Of a stretch of 64,000 bases of DNA, positions 56,201-64,000 are shown piece after piece (positions within the stretch are counted from its first letter, which is position 1; every line of letters starts with the position of its first letter). The position numbers were made by a program, and so were the translations under genes. The DNA comes from Phoronis australis (lineage: Eukaryota; Animalia; Phoronida). Under the pieces are notes generated by a model. The model was not told where the DNA came from. It saw only the letters and a program-made list of their open reading frames with translations, and did not search any database. Location: NCBI GenBank assembly GCA_002633005.1, contig NMRA01000196.1, positions 418,824 to 482,823 of the forward strand, given 5' to 3'.

Positions 56201-59200
56201 TCTTTCCGTTAACAGAGAAATGTATTGCATTAATCANAGTCTTGTTTATGCAAGTGGCGTAACATGAACTATTTCATTTCTGCAGTGATGCTTAATATAT
56301 AGCCACGTGCGTGACGCACATACATGTACAATAAACATACATCTGGCCGATTGAACCAGTGTGTTTGATTCATACTGTGTGAATACAGGACAGCAACTTA
56401 AACAAAAGTCAGCGACAGTAGAAAATGCATTCCCGAAAAGGCGCAACCACAATTTCTGGGATTCACATTTCTTGAACATGAATTAAGCACCGATTTGTCT
56501 GTACAACATGCCACATTTGCACTTCTCCATCAGTCATTCCAGTTTGTTTGCATTTAGCACTACCTGTTGAGAATTCGAGATGAGCCAATCAGAAACGCCG
56601 GTGTAAAAAAATTTCCCAAGGAAAATTAAATGGTACCTGCTTGTTCTCTACCCCTACGGACACGCAGTGTACCTGCGAGTTCTGGACAAGGCTGACAACT
56701 GTTGTGCCCCCTTGTGGCAATTATGTTGTTGCACTTCAACATCTAGAAAGTTCATCTGTCACACAATCGTCATGTAGTTCATGCCTTTTAATGAGAGGAT
56801 GGTTCATGTTGACTTTCGGGTGACTCTGACTACTGCTGTGCCCCCTTATGCCAATTTTTAGAAAATATACACTGTGAGTGTTGGCAAGTCGAGAGGAGTT
56901 AATATCTTTTAAAAGTGCTTTATTGAGAGACTTGAAACATTTCTCATTGACATTCTCACAGTTCTTCTCTGTTTCAGTTTTAAAAATAAAAAACAAAATG
57001 CATAGCAAACCTCACAGATACAGACAAAATACAAATTCGGAAATACCAAATACGAAAGTACCATGAAAAATACCTCCATACTGCAGCTTCCTGGCTCTTT
57101 TCACTGACGCCAAATATGCACTGCCACAATGTAAGTGAATCAAGTCAGCGCACAACAGTTATACTGAAATGAGGGTCAGGTCACATGGAAATTACATTCA
57201 GTCTATTCAGCCATGAACATACACGTGACCATGAGCCACCCGGAGCAAACATACATGAAGTATCTTGTACACTACTTAGTCTTTGCCATTTGTGATGCAC
57301 ACTGCGGGTGTATATTATTGCCCTGTAGTTATTGTTTCTGTTGTTGACATTATTACTTTTATAAGTCCCGGAACTAAAATCCGTAATCTTTTCAGGGTGT
57401 CTACTTGGGGAGGCCAGCTCCACGTCTGTTCCGCACAGTACTCACGTATTGATTCCCAACCCCAGCAGAGAACATGCAGCACAACTGAAGTGTCACAAGA
57501 TCTGTCATTGTGGTCATCGTGGAGTGCTGGGTGGTTGCATTGATGTCGACTGTGTGCGCTCAGATAGCTGTCTAGTGAGAAGCCAGATCTTCGGTATGTT
57601 TTTTCTTTCCGTTAACAGAGAAATGTATTGCATTAATCAACAAGTGCAGGAACAGCAATGCAATTGTAATGAACACATTAAGTGTACTGGACCCTAAGTC
57701 AGTGCTAAAAAATTCCTATCAGTTTTCTTGCCTCTGAGGGTCTAGCCACTTCTATAGTATAAACATGTGGCATAGTGAAACCACAACCTTGCATTATGCT
57801 CATTTTCTCCTGGAATTGGTGTAGTTTTATACATTGATGTCTTCACTTTGTTGTAGCTCATGGGATGTACACTGTGAAGGGTGCCTGCAAACAGTGCTTG
57901 TGTCATGCCAAAGAGATGATTTGTAGTGAGCGTAATTGTGCCAGAGTGTCACATAATGAGTACACAGGTCTACCATGTAACTGTAAAAAGGCCTACAATC
58001 CTGTTTGTTCAGTTCATGGACAAACATTTGGCAATCCATGTTTGGCCAGGTAAGTATTCATCTGCCACTCAGTTATAACCAGACCTTCACTATAATTTAG
58101 TTTAAAAATCCCTTGTTTATTGGATATGATGCACATCCACTTTATTTTCATTGATTTTCACATAATAGGTTTTAAAATAAACCGTACAACGTTGAAATGC
58201 AACAAAATTATGACGCATTTGATGGTGACTAAATATCTATTTCTTTTCAACTAGAGTGACTTAATCTTGACAAACCTTTGGTGTTGCTCTTTGTCAAAAT
58301 CACGGCTACGTACTGTGGAAGACCATTTCACATAAACAATTTAGTGGCTAAACTCTGACTATATTTCAACAAAAACACTATTTTATACTTGCGAGTATCT
58401 TACCGGTGTCATGGAGCAGGTCTCTACTATAGTAACCTTGTTGTCCATCAATGTGCTTAGTACATAGATATGGTTCTGAATTATTTAACTGAATAGTTGC
58501 TTCCTTTTTAGATGTTCTGAGGTTCTGGATGAAAACTTTGAATTTGGCCCCTGTCATGAGAGAACCCCTTGCCGCAATAACCCTTGTGGTCCTGGAAGAA
58601 AGTGAGTAGAATAGGGTTGTCTTTGTAAGGGTTTCATTCTGGGTATAAAGCGTCAGTGTTGTAAGACAGTCGCCAGTGATATTATCTACAGTCTCCAAGA
58701 GTTTTATTATTTTCCAGGTGTATTCCACATCGACAAGTGTGCCTTAGCAATCGTCAATCTCGATGTCCACAGCATGAGTGTGTTTCCATGGAGACGCAGT
58801 GTGATGAGCGACATCATGACCCAGTATGTGACACATACGGCGATGAACATATTAGCCTGTGTCATCTCATCTTGGCCAATCGCAAGTTTGCTCACCATGG
58901 ACACTGTTTGGTAAGTAAGATCAGATGTTTATAATTTTTGAAATTTTCACTGCTGTTACTTTGCAAAAGTATGTTTGATGTTAAATATTTTTGACAGTTT
59001 TTGTTTCACTGTTTACAGAAATATTTTTTCCAATCTTCTTGAAATAAGTCACTGATCACGTTTCTCATTAATTTCTGAAGGCCTGTTGATGGCTGACCGT
59101 TGAGCCTTAAGATGATGCTATGATGTATGTTTTCTTAAATATCACTGCTGTGGGGGGGGACTCAATAAAACATTCTTTTTAGTTTTCAAGCAGCATTGGA

Positions 59201-62200
59201 GTTGATTTTTCAGTACAAATTCTGTATGTTTAAAGTGGCATTGTGCTTTCAACCCAAAACCCAAGTTTTGATTTAGGCCACTTAATGTTATAAATTGATC
59301 TTCTCCTGTTCCTTACTCAGTTGAAAAGTGAACTTAATTGGGCTCAGTAACAATTGGTGTTGAGAACTGAAATTTTACAAGGTTTGTGTGAAGAAAGCAC
59401 GATCTCTCAGTTTTTACATAGCCTGGAAATCATTCCTCGTGAGAGTAATGAATAATTTGAGACCACTTTTATAATCATGGTAAATGACCTGATTCAAAAA
59501 TTGTTCTTAACAGAAAACATGGTATTGCCGCCTTTGATTTTTATTCTTTATGGTAAATTTGCTCGGGAAAGCAAGTTGTATACGACATATGCTAGACTTG
59601 CAACTCTTAATCTTTACTTTCCAGTCTGGCTGCCGGCACTCTAGTTTAGTATGCGGGCACAATGGGGAGACTTATGCCAATGAGTGCGCTGCCTGGGCAG
59701 AGAGGGTGATGATGGATTATGAAGGCCCTTGTAAAGAAGTTGGACATATCTCTAGTACGTAGTGTGCCTTACCTCAAAATAAAGGCATTGTATTATTGAA
59801 GCATGACCTGCCATCATGAGAAACCAAGATACATCTCGCCATTATATCTGTGCACATAGTAATATGCTGTAGTAATTATGGATTTTTAAAGCATGCATGA
59901 CCTGTTTATCTGTAAAAGGATATTGCGAAAGTTGATCAAGGATTTATTTTTATTTTGTCTGTGGTGAAAAACACAACGAAGATGCTTTCGTTACATCTGG
60001 AAACCTTGTAAGTGATGCTCTGGAAATTGTATTTTACAAGGCTTGGAATTTTCCGTGGAAACGCGGATTTCCGCTTTTTTCAAATTTTCTGTCCGCACAT
60101 TTTATTATATTTCCGCATAAAAAAATCGGATTTGATATAAAATTTCCGCGGCAAATTCTTTTCTTACTGCGGCGTTGCAGACGACGTTCACCTCGAAAAG
60201 CGGAAGTTGCTCTTTATGTCTTTATGTTTTTTTTTAGTCCTCCCGATTTTTGTCGGCGAAATGTCCACATCGACCATTTCAAGGCTGGGTAGCGCGCATG
60301 ATTTGGGCCGTAAAAGTTTCCACGTTTTTTGTCATTGGTCATCCCAAGCCCTGTATTTTAAACTAACTTCAATAACGGACTTACAGGTCAATATTTGTAC
60401 TAGACCTTCTACAATAAATTTGGATTGGTTTTGAACATATATATTCCTTTTGATATTGTATTATTGTTTGTTGCAGGTAACTATGAGGACTCTGAATGTG
60501 ACAGTGTGTCTTGCCCTGCCATCAGACCAAAAGATTGTCACCCCATAACCCCGCCTGGTGCTTGCTGCCCTGTCTGTGGTAAGGCAGGAACTACTTATAT
60601 ATGATAAGTTAAATGTGGTAACACTAGGAGGACTTCCCCTCTGGGGTTCTTTTTTTCTCGTTGCATACTCATGACTAATTAATGAGAATATAACCAGTTT
60701 GAGAACTAGTCTAAGGTCAAATTGCCATGCATAACTTTTCAAGAAAACTACTCCTCACAGTCTGAGCCACTTGCTTGAAAAGTATTTATTTTTCCATTTG
60801 TCTATTTTGATGTTTGTTCGCTCATTTACATGACGTGGTAGCCTGGATAAAACGCTCATGCAATATAAAAACAAACTATGTGATTTGTTGTGTTTTCATT
60901 TTTTCATATTTTAAGTGTCCAAAGTACTTGATTTGTATCAAAATAGAAGTTGTAAAATATTTCAGCTGCTGAGTTGCGAATACTGTACAGTCGTAACCAA
61001 GCCGACCTTGTCTCCTTGACAACTAATGGTAGGCCCCTAACTGTCCAGAACATCACTGAGACCCTCCGTCAGCATGTCACTGTTACCGAGTGTGATCTGT
61101 TTGGCTACTTGAGTATTGAGAAGGAGATTGTCATATTAGTTAAAACTATTACCATCAGCCCAACTGATTTTCAGGTGAGATATGGACAAGTTAAGGACAT
61201 TCAAGTAATGCTTCTTGTGGAAACGGTCATATCAGTTGAAAAAAGTAAATTCAAAAGATAACATTGACAGTCTTTTCTTGAAAATGGATCGCCATTATAT
61301 TCGATGTGTGTTGCTTGTAGGACTTTTTCAGTTAATGATTTATCTGGCAAATGCCGCCATACCCTGTTTATTTTTCTTTACTTGTTTGTCTTACTTATTT
61401 CTTAGGCAGAAAAGGTCGACATTTATATAAACAACAACATAACTTTAATTCCTTGTTGTAAAATTAGTTAAATTATAAAATATAAAGGTCAGTCATGTTA
61501 ATGTTGGTGTGATGTTAACTGGGAGTATACTCAAAGAACGCATAGATAACAAGAGCCTACGTGTATAACCCAATGGTTAATGAAGAGGAAACCCTTAACT
61601 TGCCAGCCTTTCAACACAACTTGCCATATTTCAGGCCTTGGAATTTTCCGCGGAAACGCGGATTTCCGCTTTTTTCAAATGTGCTTTCCGCTTTTTTTAT
61701 AATATTTCCGCGTAAAAAAAAATCGGATTTGATATAAAATATCCGCGGCAAATTCCTTTCTTACCGCGGCGTTGCAGACGAAAAGCGGAAGTTGCTCTTT
61801 ATGTTCGGAGGAACGTAAATTGTCAACATTGCCGGGGCACCTGGGATAGCGTGGTGTGATTTTCAATGGCGTCTCGTGTTATTGTTAAGCGCGGCGACAA
61901 ATACTACCGCTCTGCAGCCAAAAATGTGTGGGTTGGGAGTAGACGGGCGAGCTAAAAGGACGCAGACGCCTGCTACTGATGGTGGTAACGTTTTTTTTTT
62001 TTTTTTTTCTGTTAGTCCTCCCGATTTTTGTCAGGGAAAGGTTCACATTGTCCAGTTCTAGGCTGGTTATCGGGCGATGATTTGGGCCGTAAAAGTTTAA
62101 AAGTTTCCGCGTTTTTTGTCATTGGTCATTCCAAGCCCTGATATTTTAAGGTTGTAACTTAATTGGCAGCACAGTTACACTTTTACTTTTTATACTTAAC

Positions 62201-63077
62201 ACCTTATGAAACAGCATTGCATATTTACACGGATATTATGAATTTGATTTCTGCACCATAACTCTGGCTGAGAGTGCGATGCAAGGTTTCAAGTGGTGGT
62301 TGAATAGAACTTCAAATGGTTAGCTGATTGACAAATATACCTTGTCAGTCAGTTAAAACCATAAGTGTTGAAATAGTTAAGGTTATGTGGCAGCTTGTCA
62401 CCAAGTTCATGCATTAAGCCAAATATGTACAAAACTTTAGAATTTAACTTGGTAAAAAAACTTAAGTTTAGGTTTCCTGAAAGTAGAAAGCCTGGAGAAT
62501 GTGATTTTTAGTTTTGTACCGATCCGTCAATAATTGATTCACATGACTATATCCTTTTAGAATTAGACAATAAAGAAAGGCACATTAATATCAAAACAAC
62601 AGTGTCAATAAAATGACAAAATTTCTCTTTATATAAACGTTCATGGTATCATTTCGTTGATAGGCAACTTTTGAGTTTTTTAAGAGAAATCCTAAGAGTC
62701 TTATTCTTTGATAGCCCTTCATATACAAGTGGATTGTTTTAAAAACAATTTTTAGGGAAAAGCGCAGTACAGTATTTGAGTCTGTCCAGCACTTAGCAAG
62801 TGTTATTTGTTTTACTTTTCAGGTGGCAGCCTGCAATGCTGAAGCTCACAGGCTGGCTTCACTTATAAGGACTCGGCATCCATCTGTGATGTCTGATCTT
62901 GTGTTGTCGCCATTAATCATGGTTCCTAACAATGTCACGGGTACAGTTAAAATGTCTGTGCTGAGGACTAGTCAAATTGTGAAAGTTCTGCCTACTTTAA
63001 CTAGTGGCCTACAGAGGGCACCAATGTCTAGGACTTTGTGGTTGATAGTGCTGATGGTGGCTGCATGTGCTCGGTGA
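2189..63077 (+). CDS. RECK: RECK orthologue, spliced gene, 5'-partial (19 coding exons in window, about 920 aa)
   Basis: Exons joined: 2189-2263, 11668-11704, 39978-40060, 41497-41578, 43852-44046, 44486-44778, 45087-45180, 48225-48389, 48605-48701, 53110-53240, 54025-54165, 55993-56190 (or 57396-57593), 57857-58049, 58512-58601, 58718-58910, 59625-59754, 60477-60578, 60966-61174, 62823-63077. The join is one open frame of 2763 nt. It is collinear with vertebrate RECK as I recall it: CC domains, YCTNFNDRP/FRSCNAQSD, EVTHPC, Kazal motifs (VCGHNGETY), PPGACCP, CDLFGYLSIE and a hydrophobic C-terminus. Confidence 0.96.
2323..2469. mobile_element. Tandem pair of ~72-bp mini-MITEs (hAT-like ends), 5-bp TSD GGGTA
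   Basis: Unit 1 (2323-2396) is CATGGGCGGCG...CGCCGTCCATG. Unit 2 (2400-2469) is TATAGGCGGTGCA...TGCACCTCCCATG. GGGTA lies at 2318-2322 and 2470-2474. Confidence 0.65.
3469..4008 (+). mobile_element. Internally deleted PIF/Harbinger element with transposase remnant
   Basis: The inverted repeat ctgaagcgtgttcaacagagtgagcgcc / ggcgctcactctattgaacacgcttcag matches at 27/28. 3723-3812 encodes RIENYVEETVPRYSDPQFKSQFRMSRSTFE, the F..FRMSR.TF N-terminal motif of Harbinger/HARBI1 transposases. Confidence 0.85.
6366..6380 (-). promoter_or_regulatory. Isolated CTCF-consensus motif (CCACCAGGTGGCAC)
   Basis: Exact match to CCASYAGRKGGCRS. Motif match only, no binding evidence. Confidence 0.3.
6557..7046. 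mobile_element. MITE, Harbinger/Tourist-like
   Basis: TIR aggccctttcatattgac / gttaatatgaaaggccct, flanked by TAA and TTA. Internal direct repeat ggaccggagttaagcgttcatactg at about 6871 and 6972. Confidence 0.75.
8892..9692. mobile_element. Non-autonomous DNA transposon with hAT-like ends, 5-bp TSD GCATC, carrying a tRNA-like segment
   Basis: Ends are CATAGGCGGATTTAGG and CCTAGATCCGCCACTG, with GCATC immediately outside both. Confidence 0.75.
9401..9460 (+). other. Degenerate tRNA-derived (SINE-head-like) segment with Pol III A and B boxes
   Basis: A box TGGTGTAGTGG at 9403-9413 and B box GTTCGAGTC at 9447-9455 with tRNA-like spacing. No intact acceptor stem seen. Confidence 0.6.
11668..11704 (+). 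CDS. RECK: RECK micro-exon (end of CC1): TQLWRCINNTYP
   Basis: Long pyrimidine tract with ttgcag acceptor and gtgagt donor, 37 nt, phase 0-1. Matches human VEIWNCMNSSLP. Confidence 0.9.
15420..15576. repeat. Dispersed repeat, inverted copy of 40463-40620
   Basis: atttctcttgtcggccatatt and ttttatgatatctaca here are the reverse complements of aatatggccgacaagagaaat and tgtagatatcataaaa near 40470-40580. Confidence 0.75.
24051..27005. repeat. Composite repeat (Helentron/DINE-1-like by inference) with internal 193-bp tandem array, spanning an N gap
   Basis: A ~75-bp head, gttttttaggyggtcagtgcccagttgcattaac..., recurs at about 24051, 25735 and 26729. Tandem units lie at about 25110-25733 and 26176-26727, with the anchor agcgctctcgcactg at 26176, 26369 and 26562 (193-bp period). 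Confidence 0.8.
26012..26175. other. Assembly gap (164 N) flanked by duplicated sequence at 994-bp offset
   Basis: Sequence ending at 26011 recurs ending at 27005. Track ORFs 25747-25977 and 26741-26971 differ by one residue. Confidence 0.95.
32731..33143. mobile_element. Tc1/mariner(pogo)-like MITE with TA at both ends
   Basis: Imperfect TIR taccgggattttttgcagattaaa / tttatctacagaaattccgggta, with repeated subterminal acgcccatgg motifs. Confidence 0.65.
34460..34921. mobile_element. Degenerate MITE-like element
   Basis: ctttcccatta at the left versus taagtgggaaagg at about 34509 and 34908, with repeated cgaaacttc-like motifs. No clean TSD. Confidence 0.35.
37125..37281. mobile_element. Short degenerate hAT-like MITE, 5-bp TSD TGGGG
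   Basis: Ends are CAGTTGCGGATTTAGG and CCTGGAAACGTCCCTT. TGGGG lies at 37120-37124 and 37282-37286. Confidence 0.55.
39978..40060 (+). CDS. RECK: RECK exon (CC2): ILGQMNIWTGRVCCDIAVTRRCMAGCSR
   Basis: ttgtag / gtaagt, 83 nt, phase 1-0. Matches human GWVGLGCCELAIALECRQACKQ. Confidence 0.92.
40463..40620. repeat. Dispersed repeat, inverted copy of 15420-15576
   Basis: Diverged reverse-complement match to 15420-15576 over about 155 bp. Confidence 0.75.
41497..41578 (+). CDS. RECK: RECK exon (CC2): ARSENDLRARCPKREESFFYGCIERQK
   Basis: ttgcag / gtgagt, 82 nt, phase 0-1. Matches human ASSKNDISKVCRKEYENALFSCISRNE. Confidence 0.92.
43852..44046 (+). CDS. RECK: RECK exon (CC3): SETCCTNIINFQCQSACRAIF...CVTNYTQSPPASSRTD
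   Basis: atttag / gtaagt, 195 nt, phase 1-1. Shows the CC..C..C.AIF and CV.NYTQS motifs. Confidence 0.95.
44486..44778 (+). CDS. RECK: RECK exon (CC4, linker, start of CC5): LPCCEESPDSRCRDEC...MWECF...GIDSAKLQCC...CQDLCTQ
   Basis: ttgaag / gtcagt, 293 nt, phase 1-0. Lies inside track ORF 44413-44793 and matches human LWQCF...GLDGAKLHCC. Confidence 0.95.
45087..45180 (+). CDS. RECK: RECK exon (CC5): TYSSQFSKWPELNSKCLQISKEHKMKDCLDR
   Basis: ttacag / gtaagt, 94 nt, phase 0-1. Confidence 0.9.
45684..46471. mobile_element. PIF/Harbinger (Tourist-like) MITE with perfect TAA TSD
   Basis: 33-bp TIR gggctgttccagcaaaatctgtatgggaggggg / ccccctcccacacggattttactggaacagccc (3 mismatches). TAA at 45681-45683 and 46472-46474. 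Confidence 0.9.
48225..48389 (+). CDS. RECK: RECK exon: ETPCRPGCTGLSYCTNFNDRPSEYFRSCNAQSDRDAK...
   Basis: tttcag / gtaaaa, 165 nt, phase 1-1. Very close to human YCTNFNNRPTELFRSCNAQSD. Confidence 0.95.
48605..48701 (+). CDS. RECK: RECK exon (cysteine-rich domain): NKECNPEFWKALACTYYIKPCHKKSLESHVC
   Basis: ttccag / gtatgt, 97 nt, phase 1-2. Matches human CQPEMWKAIACSLQIKPCHSKS. Confidence 0.95.
49860..50552. repeat. 247-bp duplicate (49860-50106 and 50306-50552) around the single N at 50305
   Basis: The copies differ by 2 SNPs by eye. Copy 1 is followed by 198 bp of transposon-like sequence that copy 2 lacks. Confidence 0.93.
50758..52226 (+). mobile_element. Helentron-associated/DINE-1-like non-autonomous element with internal tandem repeats
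   Basis: Starts in a T-run. Subterminal inverted motif ATGCGCC / GGCGCAT, a degenerate (GTCC)n-like tract near 50798, and a 3' hairpin gcattccaatgc. Internal ~423-445-bp repeats are built from ~143-bp subunits. Confidence 0.7.
53110..53240 (+). CDS. RECK: RECK exon: SDCVRMMTKCVVNFPLGMTVENVCDQLGSISDNGSCISPTNYL
   Basis: tttcag / gtgagc, 131 nt, phase 2-1. Matches human SDCVEILKKC...FPEDHTAESIC. Confidence 0.94.
54025..54165 (+). CDS. RECK: RECK exon (EGF-like): ESIDKSHRLEVTHPCSPNPCNASQVCMVNRRKCRRGHPCKPYVCHG
   Basis: ttgcag / gtaagt, 141 nt, phase 1-1. Contains the EVTHPC.PNPC motif. Confidence 0.95.
55993..56190 (+). CDS. RECK: RECK exon, copy 1 of duplicate: CLLGEASSTSVPHSTHVLIP...KCHKICHCGHRGVLGGCIDVDCVRSDSCLVRSQIF
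   Basis: tttcag / gtatgt, 198 nt, phase 1-1. Matches human GCKLGEAS...CYKICSCGQSG. Confidence 0.85.
57396..57593 (+). CDS. RECK: RECK exon, copy 2 (same sequence as 55993-56190)
   Basis: Same 198 nt and splice sites by eye, offset 1403 bp, on the other side of the N at 56237. Confidence 0.85.
57857..58049 (+). CDS. RECK: RECK exon (Kazal 1): HGMYTVKGACKQCLC...TGLPCNCKKAYNPVCSVHGQTFGNPCLA
   Basis: ttgtag / gtaagt, 193 nt, phase 1-2. TGLPCNC...PVC...G.T....C is a Kazal pattern. Confidence 0.96.
58512..58601 (+). CDS. RECK: RECK exon: CSEVLDENFEFGPCHERTPCRNNPCGPGR
   Basis: ttttag / gtgagt, 90 nt, phase 2-2. Contains the FEFG.C motif. Confidence 0.95.
58718..58910 (+). CDS. RECK: RECK exon (Kazal 2): CIPHRQVCLSNRQSRCPQHEC...DPVCDTYGDEHISLCHL...HGHCL
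   Basis: ttccag / gtaagt, 193 nt, phase 2-0. Contains the DPVCDT...H..LC motif. Confidence 0.96.
59625..59754 (+). CDS. RECK: RECK exon (Kazal 3): SGCRHSSLVCGHNGETYANECAAWAERVMMDYEGPCKEVGHIS
   Basis: ttccag / gtacgt, 130 nt, phase 0-1. Contains VCGHNGETY. Confidence 0.95.
60037..60353. mobile_element. hAT-like MITE, internally deleted copy of 61632-62140
   Basis: Ends are CAAGGCTTGGAAT and ATCCCAAGCCCTG, with flanking direct repeat TATTTTA. Confidence 0.85.
60477..60578 (+). CDS. RECK: RECK exon: NYEDSECDSVSCPAIRPKDCHPITPPGACCPVC
   Basis: ttgcag / gtaagg, 102 nt, phase 1-1. Contains PPGACCP.C. Confidence 0.95.
60966..61174 (+). CDS. RECK: RECK exon: AELRILYSRNQADLV...RQHVTVTECDLFGYLSIEKEIVILV...FQ
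   Basis: tttcag / gtgaga, 209 nt, phase 1-0. Matches human HVSVPQCDVFGYFSIESEIVIL. Confidence 0.96.
61632..62140. mobile_element. hAT-like MITE, longer copy
   Basis: Ends are CAGGCCTTGGAAT and ATTCCAAGCCCTG, with flanking direct repeat ATATTT. High identity to 60037-60353 at both ends. Confidence 0.85.
62823..63077 (+). CDS. RECK: RECK last coding exon with putative GPI-anchor signal: VAACNAEAHRLASLI...TLWLIVLMVAACAR*
   Basis: tttcag acceptor; ACN.EA matches human ACNKEA. Hydrophobic tail, then TGA at 63075-63077. Confidence 0.93.
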   Translation: MAACNAEAHRLASLIRTRHPSVMSDLVLSPLIMVPNNVTGTVKMSVLRTSQIVKVLPTLTSGLQRAPMSRTLWLIVLMVAACAR

Positions 63078-64000
63078 TTGTAAAGGTATATTTCACTGAA
63101 AGGGACGCTCAAGAAGTGCCACGGAATAAATTGCCTGAACATCAGAGAGATTGCTGCATTAGGAATGCGTGTGCAATTGTTTTAGCATCACAAAAATCGC
63201 ACCAAAGAAATTATCTAGTGGAAACAGACAGAAGCTGAAACTCTAGTCAAGACGTGTTGTGAATGCAAAGGATTGAAGGATGCTGGTGAGGAAACGTGAT
63301 AATTTTAAGGAAAATCATATATTTTTAATAACTCACAAAAGGCACCTGGCTGAAGCCGCAAGATATGATGTACGTGACAGGTGAAATTGTAAGCTGTCAA
63401 ATTTTTAGTAATTGATTTGACGTCTCACGTGCTGGAGAGCTCCCAGTGTCAAAGTAGTCCTCACTTGTTGATGCCTGTGTACTCCAAATTTTTAATAAAG
63501 TGTCCTCTAGTGATGGATTTGAAAACACTCGGTGGCACCTTCATTGGAAAGTATGGGTATCTTAAGAAATGTGTTAGTCACGAATTTCCTTTACAGTGCA
63601 AATGATGAATGATCGTTATGTTTCGTTTGCGGCGTTAGTAAAAATGTTCGAAGATAAGTTGCGACATGCCAAAATGTGCAAGTTTGTTTTCACCTTGATA
63701 TGGGTTAGTAATGTAGTTCATAAAAGCTTTAATGTTGATGAGTAATGTTAATGATGGTATAATTGATTGCCTGTTTGTTGATTGTTATATGTGTAAGAGA
63801 GCTATGTAATGGTAAATATATTGTTGGTAATTAATAGTCAAAACAACGTTAATATGAACCACTTTGACTTCTTGAGGTCGCTTGACTAGGATTGATCGTA
63901 TTTTGTTTCTTCACAACAAATATCATTTGTTTGTATTTATTGTATACTTAGATGGTCATTTTTGCCAACTTTTGGGCTTATTTCAGTCTGCTTTAGTTCT
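63078..64000 (+). other. Probable RECK 3' UTR, with candidate AATAAA signals at 63125 and 63494
   Basis: Follows the stop codon and is AU-rich. The true transcript end is not determinable from sequence. Confidence 0.5.

Larger units (their letters stand above)
54854..57639. repeat. 1.4-kb tandem duplicate (54854-56236 and 56238-57639) around the single N at 56237, containing a RECK exon
   Basis: Collinear copies with roughly 25-30 intronic differences by eye plus a ~20-bp indel. The exon is identical. Confidence 0.95.

Overview
This window is AT-rich metazoan genomic DNA, probably from an invertebrate; the species cannot be fixed from sequence alone, and it is not prokaryotic. Nearly all of it is one + strand spliced gene, an orthologue of RECK (reversion-inducing cysteine-rich protein with Kazal motifs). 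By hand I traced 19 coding exons from 2189 to the stop at 63077, all with canonical AG/GT sites and consistent phase. They total 2763 nt, about 920 aa. The signal-peptide exon and the first CC1 exon were not found and probably lie upstream. Two large introns (9.4 kb and 28.3 kb) and several smaller ones contain non-autonomous DNA transposons: PIF/Harbinger-like, hAT-like, Tc1/mariner-like and Helentron/DINE-1-like. Three assembly gaps (26012-26175, 50305, 56237) are each flanked by near-identical tandem duplicates, most likely uncollapsed haplotypes; one duplicates an in-frame RECK exon. The most notable unexplained structure is an intronic element carrying ten co-oriented CTCF-like motifs spaced about 143 bp apart. 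The short ORFs in the track are exon read-throughs or noise. I found no evidence of a new multi-gene system.
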